Below are positions 1-10,924 of a stretch of 64,000 bases of DNA, piece after piece. This stretch comes from Desulfatiglandales bacterium. Lineage in GTDB: Bacteria; Desulfobacterota; DSM-4660; Desulfatiglandales; HGW-15. Position numbers and translations under genes: made by a program. Numbering within the stretch: the first letter of the stretch is position 1; each line of letters starts with the position of its first letter. Location: NCBI GenBank assembly GCA_963667015.2, contig CAXXJJ010000004.1, forward strand, positions 3,072,001 to 3,136,000, in the 5' to 3' direction. The notes beneath the pieces were generated by a model. That model was not told where the DNA came from. It did no database searches and saw only the letters and a program-made list of their open reading frames with translations.

Positions 1-1
1 C

Positions 2-2620
2 TTACTCCACCATCAATTCGGAGACCAGCTCTGTAATATCGATAACCCTGATATTACCCCGCTCATCCTTTGGTATTGCCCTGGCTCCCTTTGTTAGATT
101 GTCCTTGCATGCGGCACAGCCTGTAATGATCAGTTCGGCATTCACATCCAGTGCGTCTTTAATCCTTACTGATGCAATATCCTTAGCAAGATTGTGGTCG
201 TTAGCCATGATAAGACCGCCGCCGCCGCAGCATCTTGAAAGAAGCCGGTTTCTTTCCATTTCAACAAAATCAACGCCGGGAATACTGTTTATGATATTCC
301 TCGGCTCATCAAATATACCGAATGATCTCCCAAGGTCGCAGGGATCATGATAGGTAATCCTCTTTGAAAAACCTTCCTTCAGTCTGATCTTTCCTTCTTT
401 GATCAGTTTTTCAAGGTAGTGGACAGCATGATAGACCTCCAGATCAAGGTCTCCATATTTTGCATAGAGCTTTTTGAATGCCTTGTAGCATCCCGCACAT
501 GGGGTAACCAGCTCTCTGGCCTTTGTTGCCTTTATTCTCTCAACCATTTTTTTAACATGTTCCTTGAAATCATCAACAGCACCCATAAGGTAGAGAGGCA
601 GGCCGCAGCATCCTTCATTCTCTCCCAGCACCGTGTAATCAACATCTGCAGCATCCAATGGCTTTAACAGACTCGGCACCATCTCCATATCGGAATAGCT
701 GGGCACGCACCCCATAAAAAGCAGGGTTTCGGCTGTCTCCTTTAGCTCGCCGTTTTCAGCCATCTCTTCCAGCTCGGGAGTATACACCTCTATTCTTTCC
801 TCCCTCGGGCTTCCGTATACATTCTCGGTTGAAAAGATATTCTTTCTGAGCGCCACAACGGGTTCCGATCCAAAGCCTTCCCTGAACAGTTTTTCCCTGA
901 CACCCTGTACAATATCATCAACCTTTATCATTGCAGGACAGTAATAGGTACATGTCTGGCATGCAGTACAGGTATAAAAGGCCTCTGCCATCTCCTTTGA
1001 AGGCTTTTCTTCCCCGGTCATAAGGTAATATGCAAGTGTATTGCGCCCCCTTGCATTCCTTGATTCCCGATGCGTAATCCCGAATGTCGGGCACCCTCTT
1101 CTGCAGTAGCCGCACTGGATGCAGGAGATCACCTCATTATCGGTCTCCTCACCATATGAATCAACGGCTTCGGGGTTTTCCATGAACTGTTTATATGCAA
1201 AGTGATCAAGAATACCCGGGGTTGTTCCGTCATCATCCAGATTCATCTTCCCGGGATTTAGAATATTAAGAGGGTCAAGGGCCTTTTTGATACTCCTCAT
1301 CACATTGAGTCCCTCGCCAAGCTGCCTTTCTATATGGGGCGCCCTGGCAAGGCCTGTACCGTGTTCTGCAGTGACTGTCCCCCCGGCTGCCATGACCGCC
1401 TCAAAAAGTTCTTCCGATGCCCCCTTTACCTTGTCCCAGTCTTCCCTGCTCCTTACATCTGCAACAAAGGTTGTATGTATGTTTCCGTCACCGACATGAC
1501 CAAAGGAGGTTATAAGAATGTCATACTTCTTTGATATCTCCTGTGCCTTTTTAATGGTTTCCGGTATGCGTGTTGAGGGAACCCCGAGGTCCTCGGTAAT
1601 GGAGATCATGCGGTTTCCCGGTTTAATGCGCGAAAGGGTCGGGACCAGGCCACCCCTTGCCTTCATCATCTCTTCTCTTTTTTCGGGATCATCACTCCAC
1701 TGGAATTCCATGCCGCCGTGGCTGCCGCAGATCTCCTCCATTCGGGCCATATCCCTCTTTACAACAGGTTCTGCACCGTCAGCCTCCATGAGCAGCATTG
1801 CCTCTATTTTGCTGGTATCCCTTCCAAGGGCCTTTTCAACTGCCTTGAGGGCAAAGTTATCCATGATTTCACATGCGGCAAGCTTAATGCCTGTTGTTGA
1901 AATTTCCGTGACCGCCTCAACTGCCGAATTGATGTTGCCGAAAATGGCCATTGCAAGGGCGCTGTATTCCGGTCTGGGCAACAGCTTTACCGTAATTTCG
2001 GTTATAATCCCAAGCGTTCCTTCTGCCGCTGAAAACAGGTGTGTAAGGTCATATCCGAGGGATGTCTTGGGAGCGATGGTGCCTGTTTCAATGATCCTGC
2101 CGTCCGCAAGAACCACCTTTAACCCCTTTATATAATCGCGGGTAGTCCCGTATTTTACGGCCCTGTGTCCGCTTGCATTTGTTGAAACCATTCCGCCTAT
2201 GGTTGCGATAACCTCGCTGCCTGGATTCGGAGGAAACATAAGATTATCTTCCGCCAGTATCTTGTTCAGTGAATCGCATATAACCCCTGTTTCCACACGT
2301 GCATAAAAATCATTTTTATTGATTTCAAGGACATTGTTCATGAGATGAAGATCCAGGATCAACCCGCCCCTGATGGCAAGAACCGCCCCGGTTACACTTG
2401 TTCCTGTACCCCTTGGAATAACAGGTATTTTACGCTCGGATGCCAGTTTCATGATAGCAGAGACCTGTTCTGTGGTTGATGGAAACACTATGGCATCGGG
2501 AATTCCCTGATGAACAGACATGTCGCGCGAATAGCTTAAACACTCAACACGGTCACTGAATACATTATCTTTTCCGACTATTTCTTTGATTGAATCTATA
2601 TAATCCATTGATAACTCCAT
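2..2620 (-). CDS. FAD-linked oxidase (GlcD/D-lactate dehydrogenase-like) fused to a 4Fe-4S + CCG (GlcF-like) domain
   Basis: PRGTGTSVTG FAD motif, GHVGDGNIH, AEHGTG, LNPGK, two CxxCxxCxxxCP motifs, CCG motifs; start taken at MELSM. Confidence 0.85.
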   Translation of the reverse strand: MELSMDYIDSIKEIVGKDNVFSDRVECLSYSRDMSVHQGIPDAIVFPSTTEQVSAIMKLASERKIPVIPRGTGTSVTGAVLAIRGGLILDLHLMNNVLEINKNDFYARVETGVICDSLNKILAEDNLMFPPNPGSEVIATIGGMVSTNASGHRAVKYGTTRDYIKGLKVVLADGRIIETGTIAPKTSLGYDLTHLFSAAEGTLGIITEITVKLLPRPEYSALAMAIFGNINSAVEAVTEISTTGIKLAACEIMDNFALKAVEKALGRDTSKIEAMLLMEADGAEPVVKRDMARMEEICGSHGGMEFQWSDDPEKREEMMKARGGLVPTLSRIKPGNRMISITEDLGVPSTRIPETIKKAQEISKKYDILITSFGHVGDGNIHTTFVADVRSREDWDKVKGASEELFEAVMAAGGTVTAEHGTGLARAPHIERQLGEGLNVMRSIKKALDPLNILNPGKMNLDDDGTTPGILDHFAYKQFMENPEAVDSYGEETDNEVISCIQCGYCRRGCPTFGITHRESRNARGRNTLAYYLMTGEEKPSKEMAEAFYTCTACQTCTYYCPAMIKVDDIVQGVREKLFREGFGSEPVVALRKNIFSTENVYGSPREERIEVYTPELEEMAENGELKETAETLLFMGCVPSYSDMEMVPSLLKPLDAADVDYTVLGENEGCCGLPLYLMGAVDDFKEHVKKMVERIKATKARELVTPCAGCYKAFKKLYAKYGDLDLEVYHAVHYLEKLIKEGKIRLKEGFSKRITYHDPCDLGRSFGIFDEPRNIINSIPGVDFVEMERNRLLSRCCGGGGLIMANDHNLAKDIASVRIKDALDVNAELIITGCAACKDNLTKGARAIPKDERGNIRVIDITELVSELMVE

Positions 2621-2785
2621 GATTTTTCCGGTTTTAAAATTTCTTTTTCTTTTTAAAAGAGCATATTTCAATAACATATTAAAACGGGAAAGTCAGCAGT
2701 TGTTCTGCTAAAGCCCTGAGAGTTGAGAGTAGTAGATATGATTATCTGGAAGGGGAATGAACTAATCACAAATAAAAAGCTTTTC

Positions 2786-2902
2786 TCTCACAGAGCTCGC
2801 AGAGGACACAGAGAAATACTTTTTACATTTCAATCTGGTTTTGCGCTTTGTTTTTCTCTGCGATCTCTGCGGGCTCAAGCGACCGAAGGAAGCGGGCGAG
2901 AG
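2786..2902. repeat. Imperfect palindromic intergenic element (CACAGAG.../...CTCTGCG units)
   Basis: cacagagctcgcagaggacacagaga ... tctctgcgatctctgcgg inverted arms. Confidence 0.5.
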
Positions 2903-4015
2903 CTAAAAACGAACCGACTGAAACACCCTTCTGCCCTCGGGGATATCAATATCATTAATGGACACTGTCCCGGAGCTTCCGGAGGATATTTCCAGATTAT
3001 GGTGGCCTGCGTCCAGTGTTATCCGGACAAGCGTTAAATTACCCGGCAGGGTTTCCCACGACCGTGTATCAGCCTCTTCAAGGAGAAACAGCACCACCCT
3101 TGCCAGGAACTCACCGACCTCACTTTTTTCACCTATCTCCTGGGCAATGGCCTCCTTTGTCCCGGCCCTTATGGCCTGCCGGGTAAGATACTGTGCGGCC
3201 CGATCGTTCAGTGATTTTCTGGCCACATCACCCAGATTCGTTATAATCTCTTTGGTGGTAGCCGCCTCGCCGTCAGCATTTATGGTTACAGGTGATGCAG
3301 AATAAGATGAGGCATATCTCGGGATCGAAATCCGGACAGATGGGGGCACAACAATATCCTCTGAAACTTTTTCAGGAATACGTCCCTGAGCAATAAAAAG
3401 AACCAGTTCACCCTTACCCGGGACAATGGGCAGAGGCCTTAAGGGGTCACCACCCATGGCTTTGCTGAGCTCTTCATACTCTATGCGCGCATCATCCGGC
3501 AGATTCATATTTTCAAAACAGAGGGCAATAAGAGCCCTGGTAAAATAATCATCTTCCAGGGAATCAGGATAGGCGTCATACACCTCAAGCGCCTGTTTTG
3601 CCTCAACAAGGGCACTGTCATATCGGTGCTGAAGCAGAAAGTTCATCATGAGGAATGTGTGAACCCACAGTTTTTCACTGTATTCGCCCTTATAGGTGGC
3701 TGTCCTGTCATTTATAAGAATGGACGTGGACTGGTCCTTTATGCTTATCTGATCCTGATCCTTTATAAACCGTGAGGCCTCAAGCAGAACCTTTGTGCTA
3801 TTCTCATATTCCTTCATATAGTGGAGAATAACGCCCTTTTCCATATAGCATAAGAGCCGGTTCCTCTCCGATATACCGGTACACTCCCCTAAAGCATTGT
3901 CTGCCTGGGCAAGGTTTCCGGAAAAAAAATCCGTCCTTGCCCTTTGAAGAGGAACAGTTGCACATCCTGCTGATAAAAGGGCAAAGACTATCAGAAAATT
4001 TCTGATACGCATCAT
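2903..4015 (-). CDS. Lipoprotein with TPR-like region (COG3014-like)
   Basis: Lipobox LSAGC; YKGEYSE and EADTRSWETLP motifs; operon with LpoB-like gene. Confidence 0.65.
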   Translation of the reverse strand: MMRIRNFLIVFALLSAGCATVPLQRARTDFFSGNLAQADNALGECTGISERNRLLCYMEKGVILHYMKEYENSTKVLLEASRFIKDQDQISIKDQSTSILINDRTATYKGEYSEKLWVHTFLMMNFLLQHRYDSALVEAKQALEVYDAYPDSLEDDYFTRALIALCFENMNLPDDARIEYEELSKAMGGDPLRPLPIVPGKGELVLFIAQGRIPEKVSEDIVVPPSVRISIPRYASSYSASPVTINADGEAATTKEIITNLGDVARKSLNDRAAQYLTRQAIRAGTKEAIAQEIGEKSEVGEFLARVVLFLLEEADTRSWETLPGNLTLVRITLDAGHHNLEISSGSSGTVSINDIDIPEGRRVFQSVRF

Positions 4016-4021
4016 CCGGTT

Positions 4022-4627
4022 TTACCAGCCAATAATAGGTTTTGAGGCTTCTCTTGCAAGCTCTGCCTGATCCACATAAACTATTTCACCTGTCTTCAGG
4101 TCTGTCATTGTAAGATCGAGGCTGTAGTAAATGCGTTCTTTTTTATAAAGGCGTATCTGTTTGGCCTGTTTACTTGAAATGGATCTTAACGTACCGCTGA
4201 GTATATAATCCGCGCCAAGCTGCCTGCCCTTTTCAATCCGCATGGCCGGGTCGACAAAACCCCCGTCCTGATAACTGGTCTCAGCCTGGATATTCTCTCT
4301 CTGGCGCTCATTTATAAAACGAAATCTCCCTGCCTGTATCAACCTCATTCTGATTGCATCAGTAATTCCTCCGGTGCTTATATGTTCGGAAGTTTCATTA
4401 ACGACAGGGTAGACAATCAGAATCGGTTTTTTTTCTACCGAAAATACCGGGGCTGCCAGCAATGGAGAAACCAGCCGTTCAACAATCTGATTCTTGTCTG
4501 AAAAGTCATAGCTTGCATCATAATGCATGTCATCCTGCGGATTAAGATTTTTAGTGGAAGCACAGCCTGACATGATTAAAAACAATGAAAATGACATCAG
4601 CACAAAAAATCGAATAATATTTTTCAT
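4022..4627 (-). CDS. LpoB/CsgG-like lipoprotein
   Basis: Lipobox MSGC; NETSEHI and GADYILSG motifs. Confidence 0.7.
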   Translation of the reverse strand: MKNIIRFFVLMSFSLFLIMSGCASTKNLNPQDDMHYDASYDFSDKNQIVERLVSPLLAAPVFSVEKKPILIVYPVVNETSEHISTGGITDAIRMRLIQAGRFRFINERQRENIQAETSYQDGGFVDPAMRIEKGRQLGADYILSGTLRSISSKQAKQIRLYKKERIYYSLDLTMTDLKTGEIVYVDQAELAREASKPIIGW

Positions 4628-4893
4628 AATACCATCTCCTTTAAATGGTGGTTGAGTTACTAAAATCGTTTTGATCCTGCCCCTGTGAAGGGCGTAAAAC
4701 AGTTAAGATGAAATGCATCAGGGCATTTCTAAAAAAGTTATAATAAAATTAAAAAAGGTTACTTTTAAAGCAATATTATATAACAGGCTGAATTGATATT
4801 ACAATTTCCATTTATGAGCATTATTTTATCCTGTTTTTATTTAGACAACCCAATACACAATCTTGTTCATTTTTTTAACATAGATTTAAAAAA

Positions 4894-4989
4894 TTATATG
4901 GTGCTTACTCCGCCATCAATTATGAGACCGGCGGCCTCCTCGGCACCTGTTACCAGCGCGGTCTTTCCATTCATGTTCTGTTCCATCAT
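4894..4989 (-). pseudogene. Internally deleted SDR remnant (31 aa)
   Basis: MMEQNMNGKTALVTGA-EEAAGLIIDGGVSTI*: SDR N-terminus joined directly to SDR C-terminus. Confidence 0.6.
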
Positions 4990-5086
4990 CTTCTCTCCCC
5001 GGGTGTAAATTAGAATGAGAATTTGAATTAAAGGTATAAATCTGTTAATTATCCTTCATGAATTAAATTATACTATCTGGGGTACT

Positions 5087-6214
5087 ATGGAAACAATGAG
5101 CAATTTCTGGGAACTTGTCAAGGATGTATGGCAGCAGGGTCTTTACGGCTTTGATATCAGCCGTATCGTTATCGCTGTTTTGATCTTCATCTTTTTTCTA
5201 TTTATCAGAAAATTCTTTTCACACCGGGTTATTCTCAGATTAAAGACCGTGGTAAAAAAAACCAAAACAGAGCTTGATGATGAGCTGCTTGAAATACTTG
5301 AGCAGCCCATTGCCTACATACCGGTCGTATTAGGTCTCTTTATCTCAACCCAGTACCTGGCCCTCCCCGAAAATTATGCTGATATCGCCAACCGTCTTGT
5401 CGAATCATTGATTGTCATAATAATTTTCTGGATTTTTGTAAAGATGGTGGAACCTCTCTCATTCCTGCTGCGCGGCCTGGAAAACATCTTCACGAATGCA
5501 ATGATAGTGTGGCTCATCAAGGCAATAAAAACAGCCTTTATTTTTATTGCCGCGGCGACCATCCTTGAGATTTGGGGGATAAAAATAGGTCCCATCCTGG
5601 CAGGCCTGGGCCTGATAGGTGTAGCCGTGGCGCTGGGTGCTCAGGATCTGTTTAAAAATCTTATTTCAGGGATTCTCATTATAGCGGAAAGACGTTTCAA
5701 CATTGGCGACTGGATCAAGGTGGACGGTGTAGTAGAGGGGACAGTTGAGGCCATAGGGTTCAGATCTACCTTTGTGAGGAGATTTGACAAGGCCCCTGTC
5801 TACATCCCCAATTCAAAGCTTTCTGATAATTCCCTGATTAACTTCAGCGCCATGACCCATAGAAGGATCTACTGGCTCATAGGCGTAGAATACAGCACAA
5901 CAATAGACATGCTGAAAAAAATCCGGGACGGCATCGAGTCATACATACTTGATTCAGATGATTTTGCACACCCTCCCGAGGTAGCCACATTTGTACGTAT
6001 TGATAAATTCAATGATTCGTCAATCGATATCATGGTGTACTGCTTTACAAAAACAACTGTATGGGGAGAGTGGCTTAAAATAAAAGAGGCCCTTGCCTAT
6101 AAAATAAAGGAAACCGTTGAAGGAGCAGGAACCGGGTTCGCGTTTCCAAGTCAGTCAATCTATGTTGAATCTTTTCCGGGAGAAAAGGCAGAGATATTTG
6201 TTCCTCCGTCTTAA
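5087..6214 (+). CDS. MscS-family mechanosensitive channel
   Basis: TM helices, GLGLIGVAVALGAQD, FNIGDWI, IPNS, FAFPSQ. Confidence 0.9.
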   Translation: METMSNFWELVKDVWQQGLYGFDISRIVIAVLIFIFFLFIRKFFSHRVILRLKTVVKKTKTELDDELLEILEQPIAYIPVVLGLFISTQYLALPENYADIANRLVESLIVIIIFWIFVKMVEPLSFLLRGLENIFTNAMIVWLIKAIKTAFIFIAAATILEIWGIKIGPILAGLGLIGVAVALGAQDLFKNLISGILIIAERRFNIGDWIKVDGVVEGTVEAIGFRSTFVRRFDKAPVYIPNSKLSDNSLINFSAMTHRRIYWLIGVEYSTTIDMLKKIRDGIESYILDSDDFAHPPEVATFVRIDKFNDSSIDIMVYCFTKTTVWGEWLKIKEALAYKIKETVEGAGTGFAFPSQSIYVESFPGEKAEIFVPPS

Positions 6215-6281
6215 GAATCCGGGGATTTTATACCGGATATCCATTACTGTAATGACAGGCCGGCCGGCAGATAATGAGAGA

Positions 6282-6932
6282 TCAGAATGGCCACCACCAT
6301 GGTCCCTCCAGTCGCTTCTGACATCCCTGGAGCTGTCTGCGGTAATAGGCCGCACGGCCAGCCACCTCATTCGCAGCCTTCTTTAACCACGTCTTGTTTT
6401 TATAGGTCCCCTGATTAAAACCATTTTGACCTTCATGGTAGGCAAGATAGAGGGCATAGGCATTATCCGGTTTTATCCCGCATTCCTTGTAGCTTTTGTG
6501 GTTGTACCACCCTATAAAATCAATGGCATCCTTGAACTTGTCCCGATCCGCACCGTAATTTCCTGTTTCACGTTTATAAATAGTCCACGTGGATTCAAGC
6601 GCCTGGGAATAGCCATAGGCCGTTGAAGGCCGGGGTCCCGGGATTATCCACAGAATACGTTTCCTGGGCGGTTTCACCTTTCTCTTAAAACTGGATTCCC
6701 TGTGCATCATTGACATCATGACTGGAATTGGAGATCCCCAGCGGCGATAGGCCCGTTTTGCGTCCTTATACCAGCCTCCCTTATCATCAAAAATATCACA
6801 GAGGTTTTTTGTATTTTTGGGTGGAGTTGCACAACTGCAAATAACAAGAGCAAGGCACAATAAAATAAGGCAGCACAAAAGGTGCCCGGTCAGCTTATAG
6901 AATCCTTTAACTTTATGATTGTTTTCCATCAT
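6282..6932 (-). CDS. Transglycosylase SLT-like lipoprotein
   Basis: Lipobox, ESSF catalytic motif, AYGYSQAL, YLAYHEG. Confidence 0.75.
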   Translation of the reverse strand: MMENNHKVKGFYKLTGHLLCCLILLCLALVICSCATPPKNTKNLCDIFDDKGGWYKDAKRAYRRWGSPIPVMMSMMHRESSFKRKVKPPRKRILWIIPGPRPSTAYGYSQALESTWTIYKRETGNYGADRDKFKDAIDFIGWYNHKSYKECGIKPDNAYALYLAYHEGQNGFNQGTYKNKTWLKKAANEVAGRAAYYRRQLQGCQKRLEGPWWWPF

Positions 6933-7094
6933 TAGAAATTAAATTCTCCTGTTAATAATAATCCGCACAAATACGGCTCCTCTTATTTTGAAAACCGCAC
7001 AGCATTACATAAGAAACTTACGAATGATAAAACATTAATAAAACATTAATAAAAATTTAACCATAAAATTCCAATTAAAATCAATAAGTTCCCA

Positions 7095-8480
7095 TCAGGA
7101 CAGTGCAATAATAAGAATAAGCATAAGAGAGCCGTTATTCATGGCATGAGCGGTCATGGATGCGATTGCCGACCCACGCCACTCACGGATCGCACAGAAA
7201 TTGAAACCAATGACACCGATTATCGGTACAGCAATCCAGCCCTGCGGATGCAGGATTGCAAATATAAAACCCGTTATAATGCCGGAGACTGCCCATGGGA
7301 GTGATCGCCGCAAGTAGCCATACAAGGCACCGCGGAACAGGGTTTCTTCCACGAACGGGGCATATACACTGGCCAGCAGGAATATAAAGAGGGGACTGCG
7401 GTTTAGCTCAAACACAACCGGATGGGAAGGGGTTGTACCGGTATGTTTGACAAGGATCATTACAATGATAAGCGCCCCAACCATAAGCGGCAGTCCGGTG
7501 ATGTAACCCACTATCCCTGCACCGACCTCTCTGAAGATTCCTTTTCCTCTGTGCCAGCCGATTGCTGTACGATATTCATTCCATTTCGCACCCCGAAACA
7601 GCGGCCATAAAATCGGCAGGAGACCTGCTGCAACGGACATCAGAATCCTTCCCTCAGAAAAACCGGGAACAATTAACACAAGCAGAAGGGGCAATGAGGT
7701 AGACAGTACAAGATAAATTGCAAAGGTCTCCAGCAATAAAACCCCGGGGGTTTCCGGCATCACCAGATTACTTTTAATTGTTCCCTTTATCCCCTTCACC
7801 ATAGTAATGATAAAAAGAATCACTCCGGCGATAAGAACTGCCACTGCTGCCATTGTCAGCAATCCCGCAAGCAGCACCAAACGAGAGGCGGACTGGAGAA
7901 CTGCCCGCCGTTCCGGATCAGTATCAGATTTATCCTGGCTTAAAGCCAGCCTGCCTACCCACCCATAGTCTTTGAGCACATTAAGCTCGGTTGAATCAAG
8001 AGAAGCACTCCCGTCATGATACAGCCTGTAAAATACCGGGAGGTTACTGCTGTCTGAGACACTGTCAGGGTCGGCTGCCATGCGATCGAGTTCCTTCATG
8101 GCAGCCTCTCTGCCGGATATCTCAGCCATGACAGGAATACCTGCAAGGTGCTTTTTGCCACCCTGATAATTATTTATCTGCTGCTCCATTTGATCGAGAC
8201 GGTTCTGCATCATGGGATTTTGTCCGGTCATCTGTTTGATGCCTGTAATATATTTTGCGGACAATTGAATCTGCATACCTGCAGCGGAATCATCATATGG
8301 TGCATCCGAACTTTTTCGGTAAATGGAAAATTGAATAAGAACAATAGCTGCAATGATAAAAAACCAGGAAACAGCTGCTCCCGTCTTGGATTGATTCATT
8401 TTCTTCTCCACGTCTTTCAGATCAGGCTGTGCAATATCATAATTTTTTTGTAATTTTCGGGAATCTACATCTCTTTTCAT
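7095..8480 (-). CDS. CPBP/Abi-family intramembrane metalloprotease
   Basis: EETLFRG, FAILH, HAMNN motifs. Confidence 0.85.
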   Translation of the reverse strand: MKRDVDSRKLQKNYDIAQPDLKDVEKKMNQSKTGAAVSWFFIIAAIVLIQFSIYRKSSDAPYDDSAAGMQIQLSAKYITGIKQMTGQNPMMQNRLDQMEQQINNYQGGKKHLAGIPVMAEISGREAAMKELDRMAADPDSVSDSSNLPVFYRLYHDGSASLDSTELNVLKDYGWVGRLALSQDKSDTDPERRAVLQSASRLVLLAGLLTMAAVAVLIAGVILFIITMVKGIKGTIKSNLVMPETPGVLLLETFAIYLVLSTSLPLLLVLIVPGFSEGRILMSVAAGLLPILWPLFRGAKWNEYRTAIGWHRGKGIFREVGAGIVGYITGLPLMVGALIIVMILVKHTGTTPSHPVVFELNRSPLFIFLLASVYAPFVEETLFRGALYGYLRRSLPWAVSGIITGFIFAILHPQGWIAVPIIGVIGFNFCAIREWRGSAIASMTAHAMNNGSLMLILIIALS

Positions 8481-8587
8481 ATCTTCTTTTCCTTGAATGA
8501 TCTTGATTTTTTTTTGATTTGTATTATGTAATAGGCAGCCGCAACAAATTAGATGCTGCATAATATAATTAATGAAAGGGTTTTACA

Positions 8588-9628
8588 ATGAGTTCTTTTA
8601 ATTATCCGATCCCACCGAGAGAGAATTACCTTCGGCTCATGAAAAATGAAGATCCTCAGTATCTGTGCCATGAACACATGTATACAAATGGTTTTTTCTT
8701 CGACCCTCTAATGCAGGCGTCCTTTCAGAGAGTTGAAGGAGGAATTACAAAAGACAGCTGGGGAGTATCATGGAAATGGATTAAAGGGCATGCCGCTGCA
8801 AATCCTTATATTACTGAAGAAACAAAGGTAATTAAAGATATCACCCAATGGGATAAGTATGTAAAGGTCCCATGGCCTTCAAAGGTGACAGAAGGCTGGG
8901 ATGAGGCAAGGGCCCGAGCGGACGCCTTTGATCGTGAAAACCAGATACTCATGTGCTGCTGTTTTGGCGGTCTCTTTGAGATGAGTCATATGCTTATGGG
9001 ATTTGAAGATGCCCTGATGAATTACCTGCTTGAGCCGGAGGCAATGACCGAATTTCTCACGGTTATTGCAGATTATAAAATTGAATATATGCAGGTGATA
9101 ATTGATAATCTCAATCCCGACATGGTCCACTTTCATGATGACTGGGGAAATAAAAGAAGTCTTTTCATGTCGCCTGAAACATGGCGCAAGATGCTAAAAC
9201 CCCATTACGAACGTATTTACGGATATATAAAATCAAGGGGTGTACTGATACAGCATCACGCGGACTGTGTTTGTGCGCCCATTGTAGAAGACATGATAGA
9301 TCTGGGAATTGATGTATGGCAGGGCATCATTCCGCAGAATAATATTGAAGAGGTACAAAAGAAGGTAAACGGCCGAATGGCCCTTCAGGGCGGAATAGAC
9401 GGTGCAGTATTTGACTTTGCCGAATGGAATGAAGATGATGTTCGGAAAGAGGTACGCCGCGCCTGTGACGACTATGTTCCTGCCGGCTATTTTATCCCAT
9501 GCATTCCAAATGGAGTTCCTCTGACCCCGGGGATCAATGATGTGGTAGTGGATGAAATAGACACATATGGCAGGGACTTTTTTACGCGGTTAAAGGAAAT
9601 TGACGAATGCAAAGTAAAGCAAAAATAG
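8588..9628 (+). CDS. Uroporphyrinogen decarboxylase/MtaA-like methyltransferase family protein
   Basis: DSWGVSW, HDDWG, QHHADC, LQGGID. Confidence 0.75.
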   Translation: MSSFNYPIPPRENYLRLMKNEDPQYLCHEHMYTNGFFFDPLMQASFQRVEGGITKDSWGVSWKWIKGHAAANPYITEETKVIKDITQWDKYVKVPWPSKVTEGWDEARARADAFDRENQILMCCCFGGLFEMSHMLMGFEDALMNYLLEPEAMTEFLTVIADYKIEYMQVIIDNLNPDMVHFHDDWGNKRSLFMSPETWRKMLKPHYERIYGYIKSRGVLIQHHADCVCAPIVEDMIDLGIDVWQGIIPQNNIEEVQKKVNGRMALQGGIDGAVFDFAEWNEDDVRKEVRRACDDYVPAGYFIPCIPNGVPLTPGINDVVVDEIDTYGRDFFTRLKEIDECKVKQK

Positions 9629-9743
9629 TAATTAAGCGAAACATATTCCCTCCTTATTCCAGCTAATAATAGTACGTCTCACAACCAATGCCGAAGATTG
9701 ACACCGAAATTGTGAAAAAGAGCCGTTTATGGATGGAAACCGA

Positions 9744-10886
9744 CTAATTCCTCCCCCTGATTGCAGGAGTCAAAGGATGATTCATTCTCTCCTGCGCAAG
9801 TTTATATGCCTTTTTATTATTTTCTTTTATTTCCGAATAGTATTTATGTGCCTCATCTATAGAACCCAGCATCTCATATGCATTACCAATTTCATATAGA
9901 GACCATACATCATAATGATCCGGAATAAACCCTTTTAATTTTTTAGAAATTTTATATGCGTTTTTTTGTGCCGAAATAGCCTGATCATATTTATTCATCC
10001 TGGAATATGCCACTCCCAGGGTGTACCAGGCATCGCCATGCAGATAGGGATAATCACTGAGGGCGTCTGCCTGCAGTAAAGAGTTCAATGTCTGTAACGC
10101 AAGATCGTACTCATGGAGGTGAAGGTAAGATGCTCCAAGGATAAGCCTTAGATAATGATTGTGGGTATATTCGGCTGTTAAATCCTTTAATAAAGCCAGG
10201 GCTGTTTCATAATCCTTTTCATAAAAATAGACGCTGTCTGCGAGAAAGGTTTTTGCATCTCCTTTCAAATCTCCTTCTTCTGAGGCAATGGTAAGCTGCT
10301 CAATACCCTTTTCCCTATCTCCCTCTGATCCTCCCAGCAGAAAAGAAAGTGATTTAACAGCCTTTGGCAGGGTAGCAGCATAATAGTTGTACATACCGAG
10401 CAGAAAATAGGCATTACTGTAACCGGGCTCTTTTTCTATAATTTTTTCTACGTATTTTATTCCCTTGCGGCCATACCACCAGGCACGGACCCATCTGTCC
10501 GTGTTGGCATAAAAAAGGCCGATATTTCCATATGCGCTTCCCAGTACAAATTGTGTTTCAATATCATCCTGTTTCAGCGTTTTCTCGGCAATGGCCTTTG
10601 TTTTATATAAAAGGGATTTGAATTCCTTAAGAGTCTTTTTATCGGGATTTAAATAGGCATACTGCCAGCAATGAAAATAGCTTTGCGATTTATATAAATA
10701 ACCAATTGCGTTTTCCGGCTCCATCCGGATCATTTCATCAAATATTTTATCCGCCTCATCATACCGCATATCAAGAACCAGTTCATATCCCCTGGAGCCC
10801 AGCTCATAATAGAGACCTCTGGCTTCTCCTATGGCTGGAGTTATGAAAAAAATTGCGAATAAAATTGTAAGCAATAGGGTACGCAT
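9744..10886 (-). CDS. Secreted TPR protein
   Basis: Signal peptide and multiple TPR-like helices. Confidence 0.65.
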   Translation of the reverse strand: MRTLLLTILFAIFFITPAIGEARGLYYELGSRGYELVLDMRYDEADKIFDEMIRMEPENAIGYLYKSQSYFHCWQYAYLNPDKKTLKEFKSLLYKTKAIAEKTLKQDDIETQFVLGSAYGNIGLFYANTDRWVRAWWYGRKGIKYVEKIIEKEPGYSNAYFLLGMYNYYAATLPKAVKSLSFLLGGSEGDREKGIEQLTIASEEGDLKGDAKTFLADSVYFYEKDYETALALLKDLTAEYTHNHYLRLILGASYLHLHEYDLALQTLNSLLQADALSDYPYLHGDAWYTLGVAYSRMNKYDQAISAQKNAYKISKKLKGFIPDHYDVWSLYEIGNAYEMLGSIDEAHKYYSEIKENNKKAYKLAQERMNHPLTPAIRGRN

Positions 10887-10924
10887 CGCTGTCCCCGTAT
10901 TAATACAGCCTCCTCTAAATGGCA

